Shown here one piece after another: positions 54,837 through 64,000 of a stretch of 64,000 nucleotides of DNA. The stretch's first letter is position 1; each line of letters begins with the position of its first letter. The stretch is from Enterobacteria phage T6, in sequence record MH550421; one strand, 5' to 3'. The notes under the pieces were generated by a model. That model saw nothing but the letters and a program-made list of their open reading frames with translations. It had not been told where the DNA came from and did not search any database. The position numbers and the translations under genes are program-made.

Positions 54837-55493
54837 ATGGCAGCACCTAGAATATCATTTTCGCCCTCTGATATTCTGTTGGGTGTTCTAGATCGCTTGT
54901 TCAAAGATAATGCTACCGGGAAAGTTCTTGCTTCCCGGGTAGCTGTCGTAATTCTTTTGTTTATAATGGCGATTGTATGGTATAGGGGAGATAGTTTCTT
55001 TGAGTACTATAAGCAATCAAAGTATGAAACATACAGTGAAATTATTGAAAAGGAAAGAAATGCACGCTTTGAATCTGTCGCCCTGGAACAACTCCAGATA
55101 GTTCATATATCATCTGAGGCAGACTTTAGTGCGGTGTATTCTTTCCGCCCTAAAAACTTAAACTATTTTGTTGATATTATAGCATATGAAGGAAGATTAC
55201 CTTCAACAATAACTGAAAAATCACTTGGAGGATATCCTGTTGATAAAACTATGGATGAATACACAGTTCATTTAAATGGACGTCATTATTATTCCAACTC
55301 AAAATTTGCTTTTTTACCAACTAAAAAGCCTACTCCCGAAATAAACTACATGTACAGTTGTCCATATTTTAATTTGGATAATATCTATGCTGGAACGATA
55401 ACCATGTACTGGTATAGAAATGATCATATAAGTAATGACCGCCTTGAATCAATATGTGCTCAGGCGGCCAGAATATTAGGAAGGGCTAAATAA
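54837..55493 (+). CDS. t: Holin T
   Basis: 218-aa ORF with a single N-proximal transmembrane helix (VAVVILLFIMAIVWY) and large periplasmic domain. Confidence 0.85.
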   Translation: MAAPRISFSPSDILLGVLDRLFKDNATGKVLASRVAVVILLFIMAIVWYRGDSFFEYYKQSKYETYSEIIEKERNARFESVALEQLQIVHISSEADFSAVYSFRPKNLNYFVDIIAYEGRLPSTITEKSLGGYPVDKTMDEYTVHLNGRHYYSNSKFAFLPTKKPTPEINYMYSCPYFNLDNIYAGTITMYWYRNDHISNDRLESICAQAARILGRAK

Positions 55494-55766
55494 TTATTTG
55501 TTTGCATACATCTCTAGATATCGATATACACCCTCAAAACCCTCGTTGAATTCGTCGATGAGGGTTTTCTTATCTTCTTGAGTTAATTCAGAAACAATTT
55601 TACGGAATGAATTCTGATTTAACTTTCTACCTTCATGCGTTACTCCAATCTCATTCAGAAATGCAATAAAATTAGCACGATTTTCAACAATATCTTCTCT
55701 GGAAAATTTAATCAAAATAGACGCAACAGTAATAATTTCACGAACTGTATCAATGTTTTTATTCAT
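55494..55766 (-). CDS. asiA: Anti-sigma70 factor AsiA
   Basis: 90-aa ORF MNKNIDTVREIITVASILIKF...; matches T4 AsiA. Confidence 0.9.
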   Translation of the reverse strand: MNKNIDTVREIITVASILIKFSREDIVENRANFIAFLNEIGVTHEGRKLNQNSFRKIVSELTQEDKKTLIDEFNEGFEGVYRYLEMYANK

Positions 55767-55778
55767 TAACTATACCAC

Positions 55779-55931
55779 TCAATTAGTTGACTTTGTTATA
55801 ATATCATCAGACACTTGATTTGTAAACTGGTCTGTGTTATTTTCTTCAAAAATTTTTTCTACGAATTCCTTGAACGACTCACGTTCCTGAGCTACATTAT
55901 GCTCGATTACCTTTTCAAGATTATGACTCAT
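55779..55931 (-). CDS. Hypothetical protein, 50 aa
   Basis: ORF whose ATG overlaps the arn TGA (ATGA); contains the asiA early promoter in its 3' part; below the track cutoff. Confidence 0.35.
   Translation of the reverse strand: MSHNLEKVIEHNVAQERESFKEFVEKIFEENNTDQFTNQVSDDIITKSTN
55798..55827 (-). promoter_or_regulatory. Early promoter for asiA
   Basis: -35 GTTTAC (55822-55827), 18-nt spacer, -10 TATTAT (55798-55803). Confidence 0.5.
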
Positions 55932-56206
55932 TCGAAATAATCTTCAATTTCGTAATCATGGACGTAAATCATTATAGTTTTTAATACATCATCAATACTT
56001 TTTCCTGGAGCTGGAATTACGTAAAAATATCCTGCTTTTGAGAGGTCTTTATAAGTTCCAACCAAGAAATCATTATTCTCGAGATGTAATTCTTCAACTA
56101 ATTCATTAACAATTGAATGGTATAAATTTGGTAGAAACTTATATAGCTTTTCTAGAATATCAATTTTGATTGTATATTGAACCACAGATTGAGAATCAAT
56201 AATCAT
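55928..56206 (-). CDS. arn: Anti-restriction nuclease Arn (by size, acidity and position)
   Basis: 92-aa acidic ORF immediately upstream of asiA as in T4. Confidence 0.6.
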   Translation of the reverse strand: MIIDSQSVVQYTIKIDILEKLYKFLPNLYHSIVNELVEELHLENNDFLVGTYKDLSKAGYFYVIPAPGKSIDDVLKTIMIYVHDYEIEDYFE

Positions 56207-56510
56207 AGACCTTCCCCTTATGTTTCTGTTTGCGATTAGATTCTTTAAACGCTTTCTTCTTATCTTTATGGACAGAAGCTTTATTAAAATTATGTTTTGC
56301 GACTAAATTGTTCTCATAATGCTGAATTACCTCTCTTAAACATTTGCATGTGAATGAAAACTTTTTAGCTACACCACATTCAAATATATGTTCTCTTAAA
56401 TCACGTGTGTCAGTATATCCCATCTCAACAATAAAATGCCGTATTAGATTTTTATCTTTATCATTGAGGGAATTAAAATAGTCAGATTTTGAATTAATTT
56501 CCCTGGCCAA
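56196..56510 (-). CDS. Hypothetical basic Cys-containing protein, 104 aa
   Basis: ORF in the arn-motA block. Confidence 0.45.
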   Translation of the reverse strand: MAREINSKSDYFNSLNDKDKNLIRHFIVEMGYTDTRDLREHIFECGVAKKFSFTCKCLREVIQHYENNLVAKHNFNKASVHKDKKKAFKESNRKQKHKGKVYDY

Positions 56511-56790
56511 ATTGAATCACCTTCAGTTGACGTTTTAGTTCTTTTATCATCTCTTCGTTCATTGCAATATAAAGATCGCGTAGAGCAGGTTTTAGCATTC
56601 CATTTACCGGAGAACTAAATGGGCATACATAATCTTTTCCTACGAGTTTTTTAGTGAATTCCATATCACAGAACTTAAATCCCGGTTCATTAGCATAAAT
56701 TCCCCAATTAGTTGACATCATTTTATTGGCATATTCCAGTGCCTGGATTTGATTCATAATTCCATCAATTTGAAACTTTTTAATATTCAT
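56494..56790 (-). CDS. Hypothetical protein, 98 aa
   Basis: ORF in the arn-motA block. Confidence 0.45.
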   Translation of the reverse strand: MNIKKFQIDGIMNQIQALEYANKMMSTNWGIYANEPGFKFCDMEFTKKLVGKDYVCPFSSPVNGMLKPALRDLYIAMNEEMIKELKRQLKVIQFGQGN

Positions 56791-57251
56791 TAGTAAAGGT
56801 CCTCAGAGTAAAGTTCTTTTTCACTACCGCCGCGTTCAATACGTACTTGTCCAGCATAAGTTGCAATAATCATTGCTTCTTCACGTGTCCAATAATTACT
56901 ATATTGGTCAATAAACCCTTGGTCATCATCACAAACTTGCTGAGTAACTAATTGAGGTTTAACTACATCTAAAACTTCTGCCATATCTTTAGAATAATGA
57001 CGAGCACCTGGAATAATAAGAATTCGTCCATCTTTTAATTTAAAACGATTAGCTGCGCAGACAATTCGTCGTTGATACTTTTGGTTTTCATCCCAGTACG
57101 CAGTCTGCCAACAGATTTCAGGAACTTCTTTCAGAATATCTTCTTCTGTGCATTTATAACCATGCGCTTTAAATTTTTGAACAAGACTCTCCGGAGTCTC
57201 ACGAGATAAAGGAACATTCAGCATTTTTAAACGATTGATAAATGGGTTCAT
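56790..57251 (-). CDS. Hypothetical protein, 153 aa
   Basis: ORF in the arn-motA block. Confidence 0.45.
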   Translation of the reverse strand: MNPFINRLKMLNVPLSRETPESLVQKFKAHGYKCTEEDILKEVPEICWQTAYWDENQKYQRRIVCAANRFKLKDGRILIIPGARHYSKDMAEVLDVVKPQLVTQQVCDDDQGFIDQYSNYWTREEAMIIATYAGQVRIERGGSEKELYSEDLY

Positions 57252-57577
57252 TTAAACCATCCTTTAATACGTTGCCACAAAGTTTTCTGCTGAGCTTTGT
57301 TAACACCAATTGAACGAATAACTGGTTGAGATTCCTGAAATTCTTTATAATCAGCAAGGTAAATTTCGTAAGCTGCATCTGTAAATGAACTTATCGCTGC
57401 CATAAAATTATTACGAATACCTACTGGAGCATCTTTACTTTCACGAATAATCATATATTTACCAGTCTTAATCTTTACAATAGTTCCAAGATAAGCTCCA
57501 TGGTACCAAATATCCCAACCCTCTTGAGTAGGTTCTGCACAACGACGAAGTTCATTAACAATTTCTAACTTGTTCAT
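57248..57577 (-). CDS. Hypothetical protein, 109 aa
   Basis: ORF in the arn-motA block. Confidence 0.45.
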   Translation of the reverse strand: MNKLEIVNELRRCAEPTQEGWDIWYHGAYLGTIVKIKTGKYMIIRESKDAPVGIRNNFMAAISSFTDAAYEIYLADYKEFQESQPVIRSIGVNKAQQKTLWQRIKGWFK

Positions 57578-57587
57578 TATTTATTCC

Positions 57588-58223
57588 TCACAGTTCAGAT
57601 GCTACAGTGATTACAGCTTCAATGTTTTCTGCCGAGCGTTTAATGTCAAGATACACATTACCGTTTTTAGCGATTTTACATGACATTCCGATGTCAGTAA
57701 ATTTCTGAATATGATGTTCCATCATTTTGTATCCAAAAATTCGCATATTTCCATTGTTGTTAATTTCAAAATTGCGAATTCCATGAGTACGTTTTTCTAA
57801 AATAGCGAGATAGTTACTACGATAAGTTTCAACCTTTTTAAGAACAAATCCATTTTCATCTAAAAGTTTTAACATGAAGTCTTTATCTTCTTCCATATCG
57901 GAAGTAATTTCGCGAGCTTTACGAGTTGCTCGTTTTTTCAGCAGTTCCGGAGCATTTTCTTGTGCGTATAAAGTTGCTGCATTTGAAATAATATCCTGAG
58001 CTTCGCCTGTAATGATTAATCCATCACCAGATTTCTCTACCAGGCCTTTTTTAATCAATACCCCAATATTACTATTAACTACTGCGTTACCTAAATCTGG
58101 ATGCACCTCACGAACTTCTGCAGCTGTAATGAAATCTTTCTTAGCAATAGTAATTAAAATCGCAGCAGTTTTTTCATTCAGAACATCGTTAGAAGCTTTG
58201 ATGATGTAAGTTACTTTAGACAT
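57588..58223 (-). CDS. motA: Middle-transcription activator MotA
   Basis: 211-aa ORF MSKVTYIIKASNDVLNEKTAAILITIAKKDF...; matches T4 MotA. Confidence 0.9.
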   Translation of the reverse strand: MSKVTYIIKASNDVLNEKTAAILITIAKKDFITAAEVREVHPDLGNAVVNSNIGVLIKKGLVEKSGDGLIITGEAQDIISNAATLYAQENAPELLKKRATRKAREITSDMEEDKDFMLKLLDENGFVLKKVETYRSNYLAILEKRTHGIRNFEINNNGNMRIFGYKMMEHHIQKFTDIGMSCKIAKNGNVYLDIKRSAENIEAVITVASEL

Positions 58224-58265
58224 TTTCTAATCTCCGTAATTCTGTATAAGTAGTTGATAGTTGTA

Positions 58266-58294
58266 TAGTACCACAGTATGCTTTGGTTGTAAAC
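58266..58294 (-). promoter_or_regulatory. Early promoter for motA
   Basis: -35 GTTTAC (58289-58294); -10 region TGGTACTATACAACTATC. Confidence 0.5.
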
Positions 58295-58324
58295 CATTTT
58301 GTGAAAAAATTTTTGAAATAAAAA

Positions 58325-58344
58325 AGGGAGAGCCGAGGCTCTCC
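58325..58344 (-). terminator. Terminator hairpin upstream of the motA promoter
   Basis: GGGAGAGCC-GA-GGCTCTCCC stem-loop followed by TTTTTTATTTC on the gene strand. Confidence 0.5.
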
Positions 58345-58350
58345 CTAAAA

Positions 58351-58500
58351 TTACTGCATGACTGTGATAACTATCATGATAACACGTTGAATTCCGAACG
58401 CAAGAAGACCTCCTGCTACGGCTGGAACAACACCTAACCCCGCAAGTAAAATGCTACCAAATACTAATGCAGCGCTTGTAATACCAATGAATGGACTCAT
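58351..58500 (-). CDS. Small hydrophobic membrane protein, 49 aa (position of T4 motA.1)
   Basis: ATG overlaps the TGA of the restored gene 52 frame; product is almost entirely hydrophobic; below the track cutoff. Confidence 0.4.
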   Translation of the reverse strand: MSPFIGITSAALVFGSILLAGLGVVPAVAGGLLAFGIQRVIMIVITVMQ

Positions 58501-59826
58501 TTGATTTCCTCTAAATCTTTGGTGTATTCTGTAACTACATCAGTAGTTTTCCAATATTCGTTTTCTTCTTTTTTAGCTTTAGCTTCTTCAGCAAGTTTCT
58601 TTGCTTCATCGGAAGTCATATGAAAAATATTCATTCCAACTAGTTTATCAACATAAGAAGAATACATATCAATTTTAGAAAGTTCTTCGGGTCAGTTCTT
58701 TACGAGTTTTACCCTGTACAACAATTTCACCCGAAATTACTTTCTTAATGAAATGCGCCTTGGCAAAGGCTAAACGAAAAGCTGACTCAGTTTCTTTAAT
58801 TTTGTTATCAATTCGTTTTTGGACATAAGTTTTACGAACTTCAACGAAGTCTTTGATTAAATCAACTACGTTATCGTAAACTTGTAGCTTTCCTTTCTCA
58901 TTAATAACCGTAATATTCTGAGAACGACGCTCAATCAGTCCGAAGTCTTTCATAATTTTTGCATGGCGTTCTTCTTCGTTATCGCTCAAAGAATATTCTT
59001 TACGGAATTTAACTTTGAATCCAAACCCGTGCTCACCGCAAGCATCATCCCATGTAATGAAGCCTTTATCTTCAAGCGAGTCTAAAATTTTACTCACATA
59101 AGTTTCACGATCATACTTATACGGAATCTCAGTGATATGCATTTGAGTTCGTGAAGTAAACTTATATGTTCCACGAATTTCATATTGACCATCAATCTCA
59201 ACGACTTCACCACGAAATTCTGGGAATTCTACCTTTGGTTTAGTTACTTTCTTTCCTTGAAGAGCTTGTAATACAGCTTTCTTAACAGAAGAAACACTAT
59301 GAGGAAGAATGTAAGTTGCATAACCAGTTGCAATACCGGAAACGCCATTAAGAAGAACAGTAGGAATAATAGGCAAATAGAAAGCAGGCGGAATGTGTTC
59401 TTTATCTTGATGTACCGGAGCATATTCAGTATCTTTATATACGTTATAGAAATTTTTACTTACACGAGCAAAAATATAACGACTTGCCGCTGCTTTTTGA
59501 ACAGTACGAGAACCAAAGTTTCCTTGACCATCTAACAGAGGAAAGTTATTATTCCAAGTGTTAGCCATCAAAGCACCTGCGTCTTGTGCAGAGTTTTCGC
59601 CATGGTGATATCCAAGGTCCGCTACACCACCTGCGATAGAAGCAAGTTTGTGAAACTTATCTTTATTTCCTCGTGCCAAATCAAGAGCTCGAGCAATAAC
59701 AAATCGTTGAACTGGCTTAAATCCATCAATCATATTTGGGATAGCACGATTTTCAACCGTGTACATAGCATAAGCCAATGCTTCATTATCAATGATACTT
59801 TTTAAATCGCGATTATTCAGTTGCAT
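58501..59826 (-). CDS. 52: DNA topoisomerase II medium subunit gp52, frame broken by an apparent 1-nt insertion near 58689-58691
   Basis: Track ORF 58675..59826 (383 aa) stops early; removing one C from ACCCGAAG continues the frame 59 more codons to a TGA at 58501 that overlaps the next ATG, giving about 442 aa. Confidence 0.8.
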
Positions 59827-59830
59827 AAAT

Positions 59831-59971
59831 TTACCATACTAGTGAATGTAGTGCCATAATAACATCAGAAATGAAAAGCACGACTTGAATCAATCCGAAC
59901 ATTACTCCATAATATAGTGCTATTAATAAAATAGCAAGGGCTAATGAATAGCCCAAGATTTTCTTAATCAT
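59831..59971 (-). CDS. Small hydrophobic protein, 46 aa
   Basis: ORF MIKKILGYSLALAILLIALYYGV... immediately upstream of gene 52; TAATG overlap with the preceding small ORF. Confidence 0.35.
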   Translation of the reverse strand: MIKKILGYSLALAILLIALYYGVMFGLIQVVLFISDVIMALHSLVW

Positions 59972-60120
59972 TAGATAACAACACAAATGTTAAATATGCA
60001 CCACATACCCTGGGCTAAAGCCTGCGAAAACACACTGCTGGCATCGATACAGATAGTTAAAACACATGCTACTATCCAACAAATAAATGAAATAACTCCT
60101 AATAATTTTGCGATATTCAT
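59971..60120 (-). CDS. Small hydrophobic membrane protein, 49 aa (possibly ac)
   Basis: ORF MNIAKLLGVISFICWIVACVLTICID... between ndd and gene 52, where T4 carries ac. Confidence 0.35.
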   Translation of the reverse strand: MNIAKLLGVISFICWIVACVLTICIDASSVFSQALAQGMWCIFNICVVI

Positions 60121-60216
60121 AGTATTCTCCTCAACTATTTTTAAAACCTAAAATACCAAAGTTTTTAAGATTGTTACGATAGAACTGCATCACATGTTCG
60201 TTATGGAAATTACTCA

Positions 60217-60672
60217 TTAATATGCCTGCAAAACAAATTTAAAGTTATCAGCCAACATACGATTCATTTCTTCAAGCGTTTGATACTCAGAATGATGGTT
60301 ACGAGTAAACGCCAAAGCTAACTGACCTTTTCCAAATCCTGTCGTCAGAGGTTTCATCTTAGAAGCAGGAAGATAAAATACTGTGTATGGAACATTGTTA
60401 TTTGCAATAGTACGTGCAAGCTGAGACCGACGTTGACGAATATGACTTAGAACTGCACTGAATCCTTGCTTAGAACGCTGATTACCTACATAAAATCGTG
60501 CAGATACGCATGGACTACTAAATGGACCACCGAGTTTACTCACTAAAAAGTAAAATCCAGGTTTAGACAAAATGTCTTTGTGCGGAGTTCCCAAAAACCA
60601 CTCACCACCCTTGATTGTACCAATAACAGTTGCGCCTGCATTATTCAGATCAGTAACAGTCATATATTTCAT
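60217..60672 (-). CDS. ndd: Nucleoid disruption protein Ndd
   Basis: 151 aa from [26 protein letters not shown]... (track ORF has a 16-codon extension). Confidence 0.85.
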
Positions 60673-60732
60673 ATTAATTTCCTCTAAATTATTTTCTACT
60701 CCAAGGCCGTATGAATACACACGGCCGATAAA

Positions 60733-60948
60733 TTAATCGTCGCAGTCGACGCTCAATTCCCAGAATTCTTCTACGGTATAAGTTTCAGTATCATTTTCAA
60801 TACAGAAACGTTCATTACTATTATTTTCTAAAGTAGCGTTAACTGTCATTTTCTCGCTAGTGCTCTTAAGAGGTGAAATACGAATTAACTGATCGCCGTT
60901 ATCTAAACAAAAAATTTCACCAACTTTTACATCTTTAAAAATTTTCAT
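60733..60948 (-). CDS. Hypothetical protein, 71 aa
   Basis: ORF between denB and ndd. Confidence 0.45.
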   Translation of the reverse strand: MKIFKDVKVGEIFCLDNGDQLIRISPLKSTSEKMTVNATLENNSNERFCIENDTETYTVEEFWELSVDCDD

Positions 60949-61063
60949 AATTCACCTCAAGGAGTATAAAATCCAAATGCAGTTGTTGACCATCCCATCC
61001 AATATGGGAAATTTGCACCAATGTAAAACATAAGAATATAAAACCAACCGCTCAGCAAATTCA

Positions 61064-61282
61064 TCATTTTACACCGTTCCAAATTGTTTCAACCACAGAT
61101 TTTAAACCATTTTGATGAATGTCCATTCCAACTACCGCCATCAAATAGATTCCAACTACAACTGAACCTAAGGCAAAAATCAGCATGAAAATGAATAAAG
61201 CCGGAAAAATATTATCGAAAAACCATTCAATAAATGTAAAAGCACTGCGTTTACGCTTCATATTTTCCTCACATAAATCCAA
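61064..61282 (-). CDS. Hypothetical membrane protein, 72 aa
   Basis: ORF with one hydrophobic helix (IFPALFIFMLIFALGSVVVGIYLMAVV). Confidence 0.45.
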   Translation of the reverse strand: MDLCEENMKRKRSAFTFIEWFFDNIFPALFIFMLIFALGSVVVGIYLMAVVGMDIHQNGLKSVVETIWNGVK

Positions 61283-61517
61283 AGTAAGCGTTTAATACAT
61301 CAATCATTAAAACGATTGGGAATATACTCAAAACTACTAGTATTATAACTACATTCCATATAGCTTTAATAATCTTTTTCATTTTCTGTTCCTCCGTAGT
61401 TGATAGGGTAATAATACCACAGAGGAACAGTCTTGTAAACAACTTTTTTAAAAATATTCGTAATAAATGTGAATACCAATCACTACTGCCGAAACTTGCG
61501 CAACCCACCACGCACAA
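61269..61517 (-). CDS. Hypothetical membrane protein, 82 aa
   Basis: ORF with C-terminal hydrophobic helix (VIILVVLSIFPIVLMIDVL). Confidence 0.4.
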   Translation of the reverse strand: MCVVGCASFGSSDWYSHLLRIFLKKLFTRLFLCGIITLSTTEEQKMKKIIKAIWNVVIILVVLSIFPIVLMIDVLNAYFGFM

Positions 61518-61625
61518 GCAATAAGTACAGAATTAAAAATTTTCATAATAACCTCATCACAAAAGTAAATGTTAAACAAATCAATGGAATACTAATTAAC
61601 CAAACAAAACACCACCACAGTGAAC

Positions 61626-61889
61626 TCATAGTTCAATCTCAGCGATTTTCATTTCATTACTATTAATAGCCGCTTTAAGACTATCTGAAAGAATTACATT
61701 CCAGTGATCATTCATATGACCATTAACTAAGCGTGTAATTTCTTCAGGAGTTGAAAAATAAGGCTGATCAGACTCCCAATGCGATAATCCTAAGCGAGTA
61801 TAAATCATACCTTCATCGTCGCTAGAATATTCAACTGACACAAACTCATCAGTTATTTTATGTTTAGCGTAATAAAATTTAAATTTCAT
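61626..61889 (-). CDS. Hypothetical protein, 87 aa
   Basis: ORF downstream of an early promoter at about 61905-61950. Confidence 0.45.
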   Translation of the reverse strand: MKFKFYYAKHKITDEFVSVEYSSDDEGMIYTRLGLSHWESDQPYFSTPEEITRLVNGHMNDHWNVILSDSLKAAINSNEMKIAEIEL

Positions 61890-61968
61890 TTATTCTCCAA
61901 ATCCGTATCAGTTGATAGTTGTATAGTACCACGGTCCTTGTGGTATGTAAACTGTTTTGTGAAATTTT

Positions 61969-62526
61969 TTAAATGGAAAGATACCATCCGTTGTAGTTGC
62001 TTTTTCTTACAACCTTACGAAGGTCTTCTCTATCACCAGTGAACTTCGGAGTGTACTGGATGACACCTGGATGAATTTCTTTAGTGTTGAATATAATTAT
62101 ACAGTCAGCGACTTGATGATTTAGAATGGGCCCTAGATTTATTCCAGAACCGTATGGATACTCTCCGCTGCATCCTGTTGTTACAGAAATCCAACGTGAG
62201 TCAGTTTGATGTGTCTTAACTTCTACACGAAGCCCACAGTATTTTGGATGTGCCAAAACATCCCATGCATATGTGTACGGATCATCGACATCTTCTTGGC
62301 CTTTATTGACATATCCGCTTAGCCAATCTGCCACAAAAAACTCTGCGTACACAGCGATACGACATCTTTCGATAACTTCTGCCTTATTCTGATTTGGATT
62401 TTGTTTTAAAGAGTATCTTGCAGTATCAGCAATTTTGACCTTCATTTCACTGGTTAAATCATTGTTCGATAGGGTAAATGTCGGAATCTGAAATAGTCTC
62501 TGTAACCCCGGATTCGTTTTCTGCAT
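61969..62526 (-). CDS. denB: Endonuclease IV (DenB)
   Basis: 185-aa ORF MQKTNPGLQRLFQIPTFTLSNND...; matches T4 DenB. Confidence 0.85.
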   Translation of the reverse strand: MQKTNPGLQRLFQIPTFTLSNNDLTSEMKVKIADTARYSLKQNPNQNKAEVIERCRIAVYAEFFVADWLSGYVNKGQEDVDDPYTYAWDVLAHPKYCGLRVEVKTHQTDSRWISVTTGCSGEYPYGSGINLGPILNHQVADCIIIFNTKEIHPGVIQYTPKFTGDREDLRKVVRKSNYNGWYLSI

Positions 62527-62788
62527 TTAAACTTTCCTTTTTACCACTAAGATAAGCGTTATACACTTTAAGAGTACCATAGTAAATTCGATCATTTTCA
62601 TCTAAAGAATTACGATCAAGTTCATCGAGATTCTTTTTGTCCATGACTATAACATCATTGCAATAAAGAACTCCAAGTTTTTCATGCCCAAACTCGAATT
62701 TATTGCAGTACACAATATTAGCGTAATGATTACCATGTAGAGAAATTTCTTTTATGTCGGAATCACCGATATTCATACAATAAATCAT
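62459..62788 (-). CDS. Hypothetical protein, 109 aa
   Basis: ORF upstream of denB, overlapping its start by 68 nt. Confidence 0.4.
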   Translation of the reverse strand: MIYCMNIGDSDIKEISLHGNHYANIVYCNKFEFGHEKLGVLYCNDVIVMDKKNLDELDRNSLDENDRIYYGTLKVYNAYLSGKKESLNAENESGVTETISDSDIYPIEQ

Positions 62789-62795
62789 AATTTAC

Positions 62796-62811
62796 CTTAA
62801 AACAAAAGGGC
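62796..62811 (-). terminator. Terminator hairpin
   Basis: AAGGGC-CGAA-GCCCTT stem-loop followed by TTTTGTTTT on the gene strand. Confidence 0.4.
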
Positions 62812-62823
62812 CGAAGCCCTTAT

Positions 62824-63018
62824 TTATTTGAATTGTGCAATTCTTTTCTCTAGACATTCAGCATAAGATTTCATTGAGATGAACTGTGAAAGCAGCAGTT
62901 CTTGCTCAACTGCACTAACTGTTAGAAACTTTGCGCTTTCTAAAAATTTACTCAGTGCATTAATTTTGAGCATTAATTGATCGTATTCTTCTTTTACTCG
63001 TGCTTGATAACCTAACAT
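62824..63018 (-). CDS. Hypothetical protein, 64 aa
   Basis: ORF between rIIB and denB. Confidence 0.4.
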   Translation of the reverse strand: MLGYQARVKEEYDQLMLKINALSKFLESAKFLTVSAVEQELLLSQFISMKSYAECLEKRIAQFK

Positions 63019-63050
63019 AATTTTCCTTAATGTGATAAGGGCCGGAGCCC

Positions 63051-63989
63051 TTATTTAAATTGTTCAGTAACGTCTTCAACTACTTCGTATTGGCAGGTAC
63101 GCATTTTAGCATCGTTGTAATCAATCGGAATTGATACTACATCACGCGGATGTACTTTAACTTTTACAACTCGGCTGGTTGAACTGCCAAAGTGACGAAT
63201 ATAAGATTTAGAACACACATGCAGACCACGAGAACAAGTTTGTGTATCATCGTCATTCACACGAGTACGTGGCATTTTAACTACTTTACCAGGACTGTTA
63301 TCAAAGGTGTTTGAGTGACAGTCAAAGTAATTGCTGCGAACTACTTTCCAAGCATAGAAGTAGCCATCTTCTGTAATTTCAATATCGTTTGCTACCAAGA
63401 AATCAAAGAGTCGAGATACCGCTTTTTGGCTTGGGTTTTCCAGCAGATTTTCCAAGAACGGAAAATAAAATTCAAAGTTTTCGCCTTTTTCCATCGAGTC
63501 AAGAATACGATCAACCAAACCAGACCGCAATTCAATATTTTGATAGAACAAGCTTCCACCTTCAATTCGAACATCGCCGGAAATATATTTTTCAACAGCG
63601 CGACGAACATTAATTTTTTGTGCAGCTTCTTCCAGCTTATCTGCTACGAGCAGATTAAGAATTTCCTGGAAGTTTGAATGAGTATTAGGAGTTGCGTTAT
63701 AAGTTACACCGTCAACAGTAATTGAAATGAATTTTTTAGATGCATTCCAAATAATGTCAGATTTAGCAACTGGAGCAATAACTGCATCGCTATTAACTTT
63801 AACTGTAATATCACCGCTAATAGTAACTTTAGAGCGTTTAGCTTCTTCAGCATTTTTCAAAACACGACGGATTGTGTCAACCGATACACCTTGCCAATCA
63901 GCCAATTCCTGTTGGGTGTAATTACCACTTGAATACAGTTTAACAATTTCAGCTTGTTCGTTTTTGGTCAGGCATTTAATATTGTACAT
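63051..63989 (-). CDS. rIIB: Rapid-lysis protein rIIB
   Basis: 312-aa ORF MYNIKCLTKNEQAEIVKLYSSGNYTQQELADW...; matches T4 rIIB. Confidence 0.9.
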   Translation of the reverse strand: MYNIKCLTKNEQAEIVKLYSSGNYTQQELADWQGVSVDTIRRVLKNAEEAKRSKVTISGDITVKVNSDAVIAPVAKSDIIWNASKKFISITVDGVTYNATPNTHSNFQEILNLLVADKLEEAAQKINVRRAVEKYISGDVRIEGGSLFYQNIELRSGLVDRILDSMEKGENFEFYFPFLENLLENPSQKAVSRLFDFLVANDIEITEDGYFYAWKVVRSNYFDCHSNTFDNSPGKVVKMPRTRVNDDDTQTCSRGLHVCSKSYIRHFGSSTSRVVKVKVHPRDVVSIPIDYNDAKMRTCQYEVVEDVTEQFK

Positions 63990-64000
63990 AATTTTCCTTA

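Noticed and set aside
62459-62526. 68-nt overlap between the 109-aa ORF and denB as a possible fifth frameshift
   Set aside because: denB has its full expected length (185 aa) from its own ATG and the upstream ORF shows no sign of being a split denB; probably a natural overlap or an over-extended upstream ORF

Overview
This window is a contiguous 64-kb segment of a T4-like (T-even, Tequatrovirus-type) lytic myovirus genome, not a bacterial chromosome. Gene content and order are colinear with the T4 map from the end of gene 24 to rIIB: rnlB, hoc, inh, segE, uvsW, uvsW.1, uvsY, baseplate genes 25-26 and 51-27-28-29-48-54, alt, DNA ligase 30, a block of small early ORFs, rIII, 31, cd, pseT, the spanin pair, alc, rnlA, denA, nrdB-mobE-nrdA, td (split by the 1016-nt group I intron carrying I-TevI), frd, 32, 59, 33, dsbA, rnh, long-tail-fibre genes 34-35-36-37-38, holin t, asiA, arn, motA, 52, ndd, denB, rIIB. 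Late promoters (TATAAATA), early promoters (GTTTAC-N17/18-TAnnAT) and GC-rich tetraloop terminators are readable throughout. Gene names are assigned from my memory of T4 proteins and from synteny; no database search was possible. Points that depart from my recollection of T4 are: (1) an HNH homing-endonuclease gene between uvsW and uvsW.1; (2) a ~410-bp cassette with an unknown 115-aa ORF inserted exactly at the frd/td junction and flanked by a 9-bp direct repeat; (3) two tandem Alt-family ADP-ribosyltransferase genes; (4) nrdB has no intron while the td intron is present; (5) a T2-type adhesin module (gp37 with a C-terminal self-cleaving chaperone domain, gp38 with glycine-rich motifs); (6) single-base indels in homopolymer runs that break hoc, uvsW, 59 and 52, which may be sequencing errors or real lesions. 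No tRNA, rRNA or CRISPR array was found. I found no evidence of a wholly new multi-gene system; the best candidates for undescribed biology are the two junction insertions and two extra small ORFs next to gene 32.
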